Assembly (NCBI GenBank): GCA_040954595.2
Contig: CM082596.2
Coordinates: 2,966,656-3,030,655 of the forward strand
DNA: 64,000 nt
Source of the DNA: Balanoglossus misakiensis
Taxonomy: Eukaryota > Animalia > Hemichordata
Direction: 5' to 3'
Shown here: positions 17,701-32,543 of the stretch, in pieces
Numbering within the stretch: position 1 is the stretch's first letter
Layout: the number at the start of each line of letters is the position of its first letter
Program-made: the position numbers and the translations under genes
Notes under the pieces: generated by a model
The model's database searches: none
The model's input: only the letters and a program-made list of their open reading frames with translations
Told to the model about the DNA's origin: nothing

Positions 17701-20700
17701 GGAAAGTGCTGGCCCCAACTTCATGCGACTGCACGGTTGGTATGAATAGTGGAAATCAAAGTCAGGTTTACTAAAGCAACGTTTTCATAACACACAACGC
17801 CTTGACCACACACGGGGGTTAAATTGAATCCATCAGGAGCGGTGAAACGCAAGGCCGAATGTCCCAAGAGACGGCAGCGATGTTTTCTTTAGTCACGGCA
17901 AAACAATGAAGCAAAATAAACTAAGTCAGCACTTACCATGTCGAGGACCTGTGACACGTAAAACTGCATGGTCAAATTGGTGACCGTGTTTGGATGCAGC
18001 ACTGGACGCACGATCGGATTATAGTCGTACAACAAGTCTTGTAACAGCCGGTACCTCCCTGGATCCCCACGACCGCCTATGGAGAAGGACGATATTTTTT
18101 TGAAACAAAGGAAAATGTCAGATACTTTTACCTAAAAGTCAGATAATGTTTACCCAGGGGTAAGATCACAAGATTAAGATCTCATTAGGCGGAGATGGCC
18201 ACACCGCTGTATACGTCTTCTTCAGATCTTAGTACATCATTAGGAATTTGAGATAGGGCCCTAATGTACGTTCTGTCTTTCTTTGACACGTTGCTGTCTG
18301 TCGTCTCGACTCATTTAGTTGGTTAGTGTGACGTTTCCTCTTTCCAAACCGCCTTATGCACTCTGTCAGAGTTGTAAATTCACCGATAGATAGATAGTGC
18401 ATCGGTTGGGGTGTGCGCAGCGTTCATGCTCAGCTGGCAGTATCATCTTGGCGCGGGGCCCATCACAGCCCCCGACATTGCAGATGAGCACGGTTATGTT
18501 CATTTAAATTCAAAGCAAAAATCTGCATAGCCTACCTATAGATACAGTCGCACGCTGCCACTGTCTTTTACTTGGGATTTTTCACTAATCAAATTCAGAA
18601 TGATTTTGTTTTATTGAAACTTTGCACAAATATCGGTGTTCGAAAAAATGATGGTTGACTAGTAGACATGATAACAATACGTCACCCTGGTTGAAGAACG
18701 GCATTTTCTGCCAAAGGTGAACCATAATCTTGCAAAGAGATGGCCAGGTACTTTATGATAAATAAAATCCCTTTTCTTTATAATTATAGTAAATTGCTTT
18801 GCGTCATGGTTTTGGACCCACACTCTAATCGGAAGTTAAGATACTTTGATTTTAGTAGAGGTTCCTTGTTAACAGAACATTAGGCAACTAATGAGCCGAG
18901 CTGGAGAGTTAAATATACAAAAGATGTTTCATACAGTGACCACTGGTGACAACTTCAAGTACTTCTTTATGCAACAGTTAGTTCATCAAACCAGTCCATG
19001 TTACGGAACACCATATATCATATAACCAGCTTAATTATTGAAATTTCTTTCTCGTGGAAATATTGAATACTGGAACTGTCAGCGGCAGTAGAACGTACAA
19101 GGATCTTATCTTTCAAATACCGATAACGGTATGTTATATTACATCTGGGACCCTTAATGATGCCAATTAAGATGATGATATAGCCGTCTTTCTGAATCAG
19201 ATTTATCGAGGTGGTTTTAGCTTGTGGGTACTCCGCATGCACGCACACGCACACTGACAATGTCACTACTGGCCAAGAATTAAGGTCGACCCCCTCCCTC
19301 CCCCTAAAATCCAACCAAGGTCAAAAATAAGGGTCGATTGGGCCAATCACCCCATCCTGACGTGTAAGACCAGCATGAAATAGTATGTTATTTCACAAGT
19401 TTCACATAAATCTTGAAACCACTTTCGGTAGATATTGCCATCTCGATCAATCGTGGGCAAGCTGTGTGAATATTGTTGAAAAACGTAAAGTGAAAAGTAG
19501 ACTGTTGCATTGAGCAACATCTGAATCTCTTCAACGACAGCTGCTGTCTTGCAGCATGTGTGCACGAGATCTTAAATGAAGAAAACAAATAATGTGGTAC
19601 ACCAGGGAATCACAAGCACAAACACCACAGTACGTGACATGCAGGCAACATTCATCACTATGACATCACAGACAGTAATAAAACCGCATTAACCCCTTCA
19701 GGTACTCGGCACTCGTACCAGAACGTGCTATCTGAACTGGTTAAGTATTGGCAAATGGGATATAAGGGGTAGGGTAAATTATTAAGTTGCGATGTGTGAG
19801 TATGTAAAGATATGGAAGACCGCTTTAACCTTAACAAACCCAAAAAATGTAAAAAATGGTGGAGAATCTACCAAAAGACGTACGACACCGATGTACATAA
19901 ACTAGCTATACCTCTCAAAATCCGTGATGATTGATACTGTTTATTTTTCTGTGACTGCTTTAAGAGCCAGTCGTATTCGTAACTGTCGTGATCACCGCTT
20001 TGCTCCGGCTGAACGCCTTCGTTGTCAAGGAAACGTCAGTGAAGGAGTGGAGGGAAAAAGAAGACAGGCAATGCTAATGGTTAGTACGTGTATGTGTAAG
20101 TGTATTATTTGGTATTGTGGCAGAGAGCGACTGAGTAAACTGCAGAAACGCAATATAAACACTGCACTCGCTATCCATCGTTTAACATGACAAGAGGGAA
20201 ACTCTCTCTGGGGAGGGGGGAGGGGAGGAGCAACGTTTGTCTTTCTTCCTCCTCATCGGACCCAACGATGATTTGCAGTCCATCTGTGGTTTTGGTAGTA
20301 AAGTCACGTGATCTACATTTATTCTGATATGCAATGTGTTGGCACGTGGGGATAGGTTAACCTAATCATAACTAATTATTAAGTGTTTTGTGCATGGATC
20401 TTTTATACATTTATTATTTTTTGAAAAACATATACTCGTTTATCATTGCGGTTTTATATTTCAAACAGACTTGTTACACATTACCCTTCACTATGAAAAC
20501 TCCACCCAAACATAATTAATCGGTTTGAACATCGGGCGTTTCTGGACTATAAATAACAGAATGCTGGATTATAACGCAATACAAAGGACAACTACTGAAC
20601 TTGTAGATCATTTTTAGTAAACACTGACCTCACATGACAAATGGTAATTGTATTTTCAAAGAGGCTGTGTGATCACGTGACAATTTGAAATGATATGTGC

Positions 20701-23700
20701 CTTAAATGACCCTTCATGTCATATATACTAAAACGATACCACACTCTTGTAGTAGATATGCACCTTGAAAGATCGCGCACTAAAACACTTGTTAACTAAA
20801 GTGCGATTGTCTCATAATTCCTGTCTACACCATCTACTCTGGAGTTATAGATTATAAAGTCAAAAATGTTACATATTCAAGAACGTTAAACTGACTTAAA
20901 TTAAAAAAATAGTTGCGACCTGGCTTAAGACTTAAATACACCAACAGCATACATATGCATGGAGGAACATGCCTGTGTCATGTACAAATATATGTATGCT
21001 AAATATGCAATAAAGTGCTACAAAAATAAACTTGCTGCAATTTCTGTCATGGCAGAAAAACATTCATACTTGAAATGAAAGTGTATGCACGACAGGCCGT
21101 TGATGTGAATTAAACTACATGGGCGTGTCAATCCTATAAAATTAGAAATACCATATCGCTTCTGATGATTGAGCTAAATTAAACATTCCTGCATACGACT
21201 AGTGGTTTGCTGATGGAACAATTCTCTGTGTCAGTCCTAGGATTTTTTTCTAGCAGCCAATATCAGAAGGCTTTCAATTTCCTGACACCTCCTTCTGTTC
21301 AGTGTCAGATCAAACACTTTTGCGGCACCAGCCTTGCATTCTGCGATAATTTCGTCTGGTGTTTCCATAAATGTGCACCACCCATGCCCGCATTCTGTGT
21401 GCATTCAACTGCGTCTATAGAAGAGTACCTGCATTCAGAGGATTCAAACCAACAACAGCTTTAGAGATAGTCCGACTGCTGCTCAGTTTATAAATATTCA
21501 CCCTATTCCTGGATATGCACAAGAAGCAGGGCTGCCAACAGAGCATAATATGTTTACACATTTCACTTAAAAAGCGAATGTTTTCCTTTCTTTAATAAAA
21601 ATCATTATCGCTGACACTATTGTGCTAAAATTGAACTCCACCCGGGACTCCCCCAGCGATGACAATTTACCTTAGCACTGGGAACGTCATGTATTTAATT
21701 AATCTTCACACCTCATTAGCATAATGTCTCTATTTTGGACGTTTATTTTTCTGTCATTATTAATATTAGAATTAAATATGAGCAGAAAGAAAGGTTTAAA
21801 TATTTCGTATGCACGTGAGCTAAAACAAAGCAAAATAAACTCGGGCATGCGAAATTACGCTGAGCTTGTCACTTCCGAATCCCAGACGTGATGTCGATCA
21901 TTATACTCGGATGAACATTTTAACCCGAAATAAAAGGTTCTCCTGATCGGAGGTGAGCGAAGTGTGACAAACCCCCAGGGAGAGATGACAGAATCCAGGG
22001 GCGATCGGATCACTCATGTGTAGTTATATGATCAACCATTAAAGTACATATAGTAGCTTCGCATCTTGATGGAAATATTAAGTTTTCGCGGTACCAACTG
22101 GAATGCATGGCCTTGGCACAATCCTCTGATCAGTGGCCAGGATTATCGTTGCCATAACAGATACTAGAGCTACGACAATTACTCATGGGATAAACATCCC
22201 CTTTGAAGTCTAAATAGGAGTTGGGATTAATCATAGCATAAATGCTGAAATATTACTTTTTCTCGTTCCGTTCTTTTGAATATAAAATACCAATAAATAT
22301 GGAGTATGCAGCTGTTTGGTATTGGTGTCACGACAATGAACCGACGCGAATACAAATGGTATTGTTATTATTAGAAATTCGCTGGATAGTGAGTATTGTT
22401 TGTTCAGGAACATGAACGTGATCGTGAACAACTCTCAAACACAGATCTGTCTATTGGTTGCAGTAAGCCGCAAGATTCCCGCGTTTTGCTGTACATGGAC
22501 TTAGGACTGACGTTACCGAAGGATAAGCTACAAAGCCCAACACTTTGTAAAAAAGTTGCGCATTATTCACATCTATGCAAGGTACACTTGGGGCGTAATG
22601 ACCGTAGATGGTGAAGTGACTCAGTCAAAACCATATTGGTGGGCAGCATTGACAAGTGGAAGATTTTGAGCAGTACCTTAATCGGTGATGTTTTGACACC
22701 AATATGCGCAAACTCGAAGAGCGGAAAGATATTTCACAGAAAGAGATTGACAACAGCAGATCTGAGCTGCGGTGACTTCAAAACAAGTCACGTGATCTTG
22801 CAAACGCTTTTAGGAAACGCCGACTGGTGATTTATTTTTAGTCGACGTGACAAAATATGTGGGTTGATACTGCGTGGTAAATATTGATGGGCTCGTCTTA
22901 CAAAACTGCTGTGTGCAATGGAAGAGTTTTACTGAAATATTCAACACCTTGGGTTAAAGGGTGACGACTACCAAAGAATATAAACGCAGTCTCCATACAC
23001 AATCCGTTTTACTTCGCCGAGATTACACTAAATGATATTCTGCTAATCTCCCAATGACTCACATCCTGTACAAAACGCAATCGATTGAAATTTCAAACAA
23101 CGCTATGAACCTGCACGGGCATATTATATATATGAAGTTAAACATGTTCTTAGCAGCCGATGGCTTCTCTTTGAGTTCGCCAAACATTCTATCCCACTTA
23201 ATACCCTTCGGAGTATCTGCGCAGAATAGACAATTGATCTGTGATGTCTAGCTCGACGGCCCAGATTACTCTTTCGGTGGAGGAACACTTTCAATTCTTC
23301 GCGAGTGACGCATATGGATGTGCGGGATGTCAAAGTTATTTACTTGCGTCTTAAGTCTGCTTACTCAAGAGGTTTGCGTGCTTCGATACCTGTTAGCTCT
23401 TGAGTTTCAAAGAAATCATATTTCATATCGTGTGGTTCGAGCTAATGCATCTGTAATAAATGTAACTCTGACGTCGCAGGTCGATGGCGCTGATAACCCT
23501 TGGGCATTTTTCATCCATTTCAATATTTAACAAACAAACATTTTCAGGAGTGTGTGTAATACGTTACCAAGCTTCCATTTGCCCGTATTTATTTCTAATT
23601 CTCGACATTAATCCGGCACGACGACTCAGTTTATGTGCAGGGGGCATAATGTTTCTGTGAGACTACTCTGCATTTCCTGTGTAGCATTAAAACTAAAATG

Positions 23701-24455
23701 GAGTATGGCTCTCTTTTGCTATTCCTAGTCATCTCATGGCGAATATCCCTAATCACCGCCAAAGTAAAGGGCTTAGTTACAAATCAACCAATTCCCCTCC
23801 GCAATGCAAATTAATTGCACCGTTTCAACAACCAAGGGAGTACTCAGCAGTACCATCGAAACAGACCATACAGTGGCTCTAGAGACGATACGCAAAACCG
23901 ACTTTGCTGGTAATACTAATGGTCGCTTCAGGCGCAAAACACTTTCTCACCAAATATCACTACAAACAAACGACATCCAACACTACAAGCGTTCACTAGG
24001 GCAAACTAACTAGAAATATTTGATGTCTGTTCATCAGACGAATGTCTACTGGTGCAATGGATGGAATCGACGTTCACCATAAACATAGTCAAACCGTATT
24101 TACACAGCCAGTATAATTTCAAAATTATAATATGATCTTTCCAATCTAAGACCATGCACAGCCCACCAGTTTAATTAAATAAATAAATCTCACATTGCCT
24201 TTCAATATCGCTCAACAACACGTGTGCAAGTTTAGGTTAGCTATCGTTAGAGTTTCAACAATTCAACAACAGCTAGACTGTCAGGGAAATGCACGAAAGG
24301 CTGACTTTTGACACACCTGCAGTTCTATCATGCATAAATGAAAGAAAAAAAATACTATAAAAATGGAAATGTTACTCACCCCATGGGGCAACCACCAGCA
24401 CGATGAACAAACATGACACGACTTGCCAAAATGTGCCACACACCCAGGATCGCAT
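11723..24455 (-). CDS. Nicotinic acetylcholine receptor-like Cys-loop cation channel subunit, non-alpha (about 480 aa, 7 coding exons)
   Basis: Exons on the minus strand: 24455-24380 (signal peptide MRSWVCGTFWQVVSCLFIVLVVAPWG), 18076-17937, 17573-17529, 14876-14770, 13121-12919, 12757-12431, 12267-11723, all phase-consistent. Motifs: YNPIVRPV, WLPEIVLYNNAD, Cys-loop CQVDATYFPFDHQEC, RRPVYYIFNLILPC, M2 ESGEKISYGISVLLALTVFLL (cationic GEK), M4 EWVLAAVILDRFFL. A splice acceptor near 24484 implies an upstream 5'UTR exon. Confidence 0.93.
14447..14678. repeat. Intronic direct duplication (about 52-nt core, 180-nt spacing)
   Basis: gtaattgacgatttc(a/c)cagggacctgaaatctt..accaaaata.atcaac at 14447-14498 and 14627-14678. 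Confidence 0.8.
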
Positions 24456-27400
24456 ACTGCCTTGTCGTCTGCCCGTAGTTTGCCTGGTTGTGGAAACAAG
24501 AATGAAAATATTTTCAAATCAGCAGCAGAGATGTGACGCTCTGTGTGGAATCTCACTGGCATCGATAAGCAGCCTATACAGCTTCCCAAACGAGATGAAC
24601 TATTGTCGTATTGTCTAAACCTCGCATCTGCCGGTGTAGGTATACACTGCGTGTGATTGTTGAACTAACTGCTAACTGAAAGTGCGCCAACAGTATGCAT
24701 GTACGTATACCACCCTTCTCTCACAGCTCACGCATGACATGTATATGAAGCCATCCTAATTGGGTTTTAAGTTTCGGCAAAAAGAGTGGCAACGCTACAG
24801 GAGATACACCGGTAATTCTGGAAAATGTCTTGTTCCATGGACTTAGACGGCATCTGACTACGTAACAATCGGCAACTGTTTATTCCCACTGTAAGGCTGG
24901 ACTGTCTTTTATATTTTATATGCCAACAATATTCATTTTACATTTTCCACATTGTGTGAACATATAGAACTATACAATGGTCATTCAACATGCGTAGAAT
25001 ACGCTTGTGTCAAAACATGTCTATGCAGATTTTCTTTGTTTGTGCCTTTTGTAGTCAGAGGTCACCAGTGATATTGCGTTGTGAGAAGCGCATACTTTTA
25101 GATAAAGGGTTATTGTTTGCCCACATTTTACTTGTCCATGTCACTACAAGTGTCCATGTAACAGTTCTTGGAATAACTCAACGTATAATACATTTACACC
25201 AAATGAATTATGCATTTTGACAATAAACAGGGTTAAGTCAATACATTGGTACGTGGGGGGGGGGGGGGGGGGGACGTATAAAGCTTTCCGGATTTTCTAA
25301 GCTGCTATTGGTCAGTTTGTGAGAATACTATCAAATGTTAGTCTATTTTATAGAACGCTATTAACCTAGTCTGTTATAGGTGTCATCAAGTTGCCACACA
25401 TAGTACAGTTTTATCTCATTCAAGGTAATCAACGTCATTGGGATCAAGGCGTGTAATTTTATCTGAGCTAAACTTGTCATTTCAATCAAATGCCCATGGT
25501 CACTCATTCACACTGTTTTGATGTCAACACTCAGGAAGTCGTGGCCACTGCAGAAATTGTCTTCTCTGCACCATCTGCCAACATTTAATTCCCCAGAAAT
25601 TAAATGGTCCTCCCTTACTACTTATGACCGTGGACTAAACTATAGGGTCTGGGGGATTTTCTACTTGCCCACCCGTACCATATCTCACATGATGCCCGGG
25701 TGACATCTATCAAGGAAAGACTCTCCCTAAACACAATGGCATTCGGCACCAAAGTGTCGTTTCTGAGAGAAGAATGCCAGACGCTCGGGCTATGTCGCTA
25801 ATTGTCGACTGGTATTTGCCCTTGCCGTTATTACTGTTTTCTTTCTGAGTGTCCAGCATTTAACACCAAACCTGTTGGATTTGACGGAGGAGTTATGTAA
25901 TCAAAGTCAGTTCAGATTTAACGGGTTCGGCGATTGCGCGTCACTTCTGAAATGGACTGTCGCGAAAACTGACAACTCCATAGAGCTACATGGAACTTTG
26001 ATTGAAAAGCGATATAGTTCTATGGGTATTCATGATCAAAGATCCGGACACTGCGCGTGAGAAAGTGGCATCCCTGAGAAATTAGCAAGCACACGCAGAA
26101 AGTCACACGTTCATATTGGCTCTTGTTAAGTAAACGAAATATTGACACTTCTGAAACAACATCCAAAAACGAGAAAGTCAGAAATTCTAGCTTGTTGAAC
26201 AGAATGGTCACAGTGTCTCATCCAGTAAACTTGACGTCAAAAAGACACAAATGGGCCACAAGATAAGACCAAACATTTCTTGGATCGATAAAGGATTAAC
26301 AGAAATTCTTGAGCAATGTATTTTGCTCAATGTTTAAGTCAATTAACGTTTCTCAAGAAAGTTGGGATAGTGACATTAAAATGACATGACGATACCACAT
26401 CAGAAATGAAACAAAAATGATGAGGATGAATCAAAGAAACTGTTTTGTTAATAGAAGGCGTACATTCAAAGCCAAGAAATATGATTGAAGGCGCATCACC
26501 AAATGATCAGATATCAAGTACGTATTATCAAACTTGATAAATAACACAGGCATATATACGTTATCGTATTGTACTATTAAATTAATGAGTCAATTATGAT
26601 TGAATCATCCGAGATGAACTACTCACAGAGATTTGCTGGATTGTCGTCCGTCAGAGTCCAACCAGCTTTGGTCAAACCACGCAAATGATTCTATTAAACA
26701 GCTGTAGATACATGTATATGTGATGTGCACTGCCAGTAGGCTGGGTTTGAAAGGTCACTGACTGCATATGTAGATGAGTAATTACCAATGCATGGTCACA
26801 TGCGTGTGATGGAGGTTGGACAAAACATCCTCGAAAATCAAAGACTTTTGAGTTCACCGTCAATTTGGACAAAGTCGCCTCAAATTTAGCGTTCATCATT
26901 CAACACATTAACATGACATTCACGAAACAACGTCTTTTCACAGAATGTTAATGAAAATTTCACGGCTACAATAAGGACGACAGAAAGCAAGGGTAACATT
27001 AACTACTAGGTCACAGTGTCCCTGCGGAACATGGTGTGGCATGCATGTAGTGCTGTTGTTTCATTTACTTTGTAATAGGTGCACATTACCAGGTACAACC
27101 TGAGGAATTATTGCTAAGATACAAGTCTACTCTCGCGGAGGGTTTGATGAGCTAATTATTGAACATTGGTTTAACCTACGACATGAAAATATCCGGACGT
27201 ACATCAAAACTGGCCATGCTACCACAAAGTTTACTGTTCAGTGTTATGAGCCAATCAAAATAGGCCAGAATGAGTAGGGGTCAAACAAAATGTGTCATCA
27301 TCGTTGATCAAAAATAGCAAGACCGTATTGCAGTACATAACTGACCATATGCAGATTATTTTGAGCCGGCCTTGTTTGCTTTTCTTAGAAATCGCTGTTT

Positions 27401-30165
27401 TTCTGAATATAACTGCGAGGCCTAAAACACCTGCTGATTACTCAATCTGAGAACCCAAAATACTAGTAAACATCCTTCAAACCAGTCCATGTATTTACAG
27501 AACTCCCAAGTGAACTTGTAAAGCATCCCTGTTTTCATAGCATGACCGAATTTGATTTCGTGGGATTTCATTCCCGGTTTCCATAGTGAAGTCAATGACA
27601 AAATCCCTGACAACTGTAATTGGACTGTGTAAAAAATATCCACCAAATTGGTAATTTTATACGCAAGAGAAGACCCATTGTCTCTGAATATACAACATTC
27701 CTTCATCTTTTCTACATGTATTAATACGCCCCCCCCCCCCCCCCCCCCCCCACACACACATAATATCATACCAGTACATGTATATTTTGAAATCAGAATT
27801 GCATATCAGGCTTCTTTTTATTAGCCTCCTGACAGGAAAAATGACAGATGGAAATCCATTTTCAAGCGACGGCGCGAAGGATGTTATTGAAGGTCAATAA
27901 AAATACCATGTATATTCGTAAATATCTGATGACCCCCACGAAACAATTTGGACAACAAGGCTAAAAAAATTAACTTTTTTTGTCATTCATATAGTGGAAT
28001 GATGTATCAGTGGCAACTGGGTCAATTTTGGAAGTGTTAGTTTTTCATTAAGATATTTTTCCACGCATTATAAATTAATAGTATACATTGAATTGAACAA
28101 CGCTTTCAAGGGTTGATTGTACACTCCTAATTGACGTTAGCCTGCTGTGTTCAAATGCAACTTTATTACATATCGCAGCATGAAATCACCATGATTTCAA
28201 CAGTTGATTTTTTCACTGAAACGTCTGTTTTACACCTGTTTTCTGTCACGAAGTCTCAAGTTCCCCCAATGCATGCATATAAAAGTCAAAATACCAAGAA
28301 ATTATACAAGGGGATATGTACAAGAGCCTAACATAAATATTTGCTCATGGTGGACATAACTTTCTGAATCGTGTAAACATTTGTCTATGGCATGAAAGTC
28401 TCAGCGGAATGACAAATTCTATCCTGGCTGCCTTTCATCCGAAAGCCAGACAGACAAGCGGCAGATTTGATACGTCTTATGTTCACACGTCTCTATGATT
28501 GGTTTTGTCGCCCGGAGGCTCCTGGGATAGCTGCGCTGTACAGATAGGATCTAGGAAGGCGATGCTTTTACATTTGCCGAGAATCTCCTGTCGATATCAA
28601 ATCCACATCCCGTCTAAAAATGGATGTTTATAGCCAAGTCTCAACAACCACCCAGATTTGATGGATCATCGTGCTCGCAACAAGCCCTGCATCAGATTCG
28701 TGCTTCTGCTCTGAATAGCGCACATGGTGAAAGAGATTATTAAAATGACATATTGAGAAATTATTTTAATCGGCCCAATGTTTTGTTGGCAGACGGGCGC
28801 TCATAGAAAGGTTTTTAGCAGATGAAATATTAACACTTGTGAAAACTGTGTCAAAAGGCCCACTTATTTATTATCACCCAGTTAAGAACACAACAAAAGA
28901 GAACAATAAATTTGGATTTTCTATAGATTTAAATGGTAAACTAATGTTTTTGACATTTCAACTCTCACATACACAATTTCATTTGTCCATTTCAACTGTT
29001 ATCCAAACATATCAACATATTTTTGGAAGAATAGCACAACGTATTATATTTTAACATCACAGAGGTCCAAGATTTCACATAGCAATAAAGTTTTTAATCA
29101 ACACACAGGCACAGAAAGGCCAGAGCAATCAGCAACGTGAGAAACATCACATCCAATGTCAGCGGTAGTTATTACATTATCAACAATACACCCATTTGCA
29201 AATCTCGCAGACATAATTGTGTTCACTGTACAGTGGAAGTATGCAGTATTCACTCCTGAAATACCATTCTCTGTTGAGGTTTTTGTTTACTCTTTACGCC
29301 CTTTAAAAAGAAGGCAAAGACAAACAGTTTACCCACAGAAGGTGATGAGGGTAATTAGCTGAACAAGCTTCAAAAGCCCTGAGGCGAGTATAATTGCTTT
29401 CTTGTTGTCCTGGTTGTTGGCATTGCTAATTAAATTCACTACTTAATTAACGTTCTGAAGCTGTGCAGCATCATTGATGTTTCTGAGCAAACATTATCAT
29501 CATGTCTGTCCACATGCATATAACAGGCGGGTGTTTTAGGGTTTAACTGTCACTCAATTAAAAGCCAATTTCCGTCTGGCCATCATACTGCCAATCGTAC
29601 ATGTACTGAAGACAATCATCAAACTCTTCTCCTGAAAGATTTGGCTGTTTTGCAAACAATACCAGAACAGTACCCCAAAATGCATTATTGTGTGTGCGAG
29701 TTTGGAAGTTTGCCAAGTATGTATGTAGCTATCTAAATGATTCAGAAACCCTATGTGAAATGGGGTTTTCATGACCCTATTCTGCATTAAATTAAGTTTC
29801 CACTTCACAGCAATCAATTAATTAATGTAATACTTCAAGCGAACAATAGATATTCAAGTACCTTTGCTTTGAGTTTGCTGGCAAACATATGGAGTGAATT
29901 CCATTGTCTCTGCCGTTTTCACGAGCAAAATTTTATAGCCGAGTGATTTTGCACAGATTTTAAAGATGAGAGGAATCTATACACAAACATCTGCGAGCAA
30001 ACTAACAGAGTTTTACTCAATAGAAACTAGATTGGTCATATCTGGGGGAAACATGAGCAAATTGTATCGTACATTTAATTTAAATTTTCTGACTGTACCT
30101 TTCAATCAGTTCCACCAACTTTCAATGTCCACGTTTCCTAATACTTAAATGCTATTCTGTTTATG

Positions 30166-30166
<1 letters not shown>

Positions 30167-30209
<43 letters not shown>
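30167..30209. repeat. (ATC)n microsatellite
   Basis: About 14 ATC units. Confidence 0.95.
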
Positions 30210-31370
30210 ACAACACCTTTTGCTATGTCAGCTGTCACCTTTTAACAAGAGTCTGACCTATCCTTTCAAGTACCGGTACATGCTAATTACTATGCTTTTG
30301 GAATGTCTAGACTCCTAGCCTACAGGCATGTAGACAAAAAATAAATGTAATCAGCAGGCGCGTCATTACTTTCTATCTTTCTATTTTGATAATCCCTTTA
30401 ATTCACAGCAACACACAACTTCGTCAAGCGGTAAATTTGTTTTTTGAACCAAATGTTTGAATCAGTAACACTAGTATTTCGAATTAAGACGTACAGCTTT
30501 CTAAATATCGCTGCGACGACCAAGGGCGATAGGTATGAGAGCCTAACCGTATTGTTAGAGTTTGTTACCAGTTAAACAGCCGTACATTGACAATGCAAAG
30601 CAACTGGTTTCCATCCCTTTTAATAGTCATTGCGCGCTTGAAGCAACATAATCAGTGCTCACAAAGCTCAAGTGTAATCGCTTGCGAACGATGCCAGTCA
30701 AAAGAGAAGATTGTTCATTGTTTGCAACGTCAGTCATTTTTGTTTGTGGCAATACGCTTATACACTGTGTACTGAGAAAGCGAAGAAAAAAACAGTGCAC
30801 ATCTTGGTTTAACATTATTCGGCATGGACGCACAATTCATAATCGTGTGTTGTACGTTTAACAACAAATCTGGTATCGTTCACAAGCGATTGCACTGGAC
30901 AAACAACAATCAAGCAGCCGGCCGTATCTAAATGAAAAAAAGTATGGCACTAATTCCTACCTTGAATGATGATGGAAATATCAGCGTGCTTGTCACGACT
31001 GAATGCAACTTCAACTGGTGGGTTAGCAAACACGTGCATTTTAACTAGTGGTGGCGCTCTTACTGTCGTTACGACTGGCTGCCTGAAGTAAGAAAAGAGT
31101 GGAGATGATTTAATTACCACATGTTCATAATAAAATAATGAGAGGCATGTGATAGAACAATGCAAAATGATATATTTTTGCTTGTGTCGAAGTAAACTGC
31201 ACCAGTGATGGATGCACCGACATGTTATAGGTGTGAAAATATTTAGTTGTGTGATTATTTGTGCCGTCACGCAGTTACACCAAAGCAATATGTTCACCGA
31301 TGATAGCGTGGATCACGTGAACTGATCATAGCTACTAGGATGTCGATGCAGAGCGACCTGAGTTTGGATT

Positions 31371-31465
31371 AGACCATTTTCCGAACTCCACGAAGCCCTG
31401 CGAGATCTCGCGTGGCCAGACAGATTATACTGGAGGATCCATGAAACATAAGACTAACAACACAT
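31371..31465 (+). mobile_element. Short interspersed palindromic repeat, copy 1
   Basis: agaccatttt..aactccacga....gcgagatctcgcgtgg...; homologous to copies at 33575, 50230 and 53451. Confidence 0.65.
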
Positions 31466-32543
31466 GCCTATTCTGCACATATTATACCTGATTTTTGTTC
31501 TCATTTTTTTCAACGAAAGTATACTTTGGCAAAATGAAAATGCGGACATTAATTTGAATGGAAGCGTACGAAAGCTCTAATATTGGAGTAAAACCATTCC
31601 TATGTGAATTGTCATATTTCGTTTTATTCCCTGACAGAAAATATTCCTCAAATAATTTTCACTCTTCTTGCCTCAATTTTCTTTGTATAGTGTCAGGTAT
31701 CTCCAAGAGTTTCAATATTGTACTAAACACTTCATCACGTCATGATCAATTATTAAACCTTCATTCGATGAATTGGTTTCATTCTTTTTTGGTAAAAAGG
31801 TTTGATCAGCGGAAAATATGTTCAATTTGTGGATTCATTGTAATTAATTTTATTATTTCATGAACTACGAATTGAGCAGCCCTGTGTGTTTTGTCTGAGC
31901 AGATTCTGCAGGTAGATCTTAACTTCGCTCGCTTCAAAAAAGCCTAAATTCAGAAAGTAGATATTATTCAAATGGCACCAATGGGCAGGTTGTAAAAAAT
32001 GTCATTTCTAATATTCAGAATGGCCCCAATGTTGTTTTTGTTTTTATTTGTCGACATTGTTGCTTCAAGGCATGTCCTCTCAGTCCAGAAACGTCGGATT
32101 GTATGAACGAAGCTACAAAAACACTTTGTGAACGAACACCTTTGAAATTAAGTCTTTAAACATTTATATAATAGTAATCAAGAAATCCCAAGACTTTTAT
32201 ATGACGTCAACTTTCTCCAAAGTAATATCGTGACCATTTCACAATTTATCTGAAATATATTCATGCTCTGTTCCATGTCAAACCAGTTCCCTCAATGACT
32301 TCCACCTTTTTATCTATTTGTAAACTTTGTCTTTCATAAAGGAATTGTTAGTTGGCAAAGTCAGGGGGGAATTGCTAAAAAAAATGTAAAATGAATATTG
32401 GCACTTTATTGGCATCGCGGAAGTACATCATTCGCCTTTCTTGTACTGGACACAAAGACATCCCGCCATGGGCGATATCTTCCCATTTTCTTCAGTGTGT
32501 GATGTGCAGTGTTGGTCATTAGAGCTCTGGAGGTGCTCTGAAG

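Noticed and set aside
26750-26757. NBRE (AAAGGTCA), an NR4A site upstream of the channel gene
   Set aside because: A single 8-mer is expected by chance in 64 kb on two strands.
27905-27950. Hammerhead-ribozyme-like core CTGATGA-cccccac-GAAAC
   Set aside because: Stem II cannot pair, stem I is out of register by one base and stem III has only about 3 bp; likely chance.
24600-32400. Many 60-115 aa ORFs in the intergenic region between the divergently oriented channel gene and receptor A
   Set aside because: No recognisable domains and no consistent splice-phase chain; treated as non-coding.
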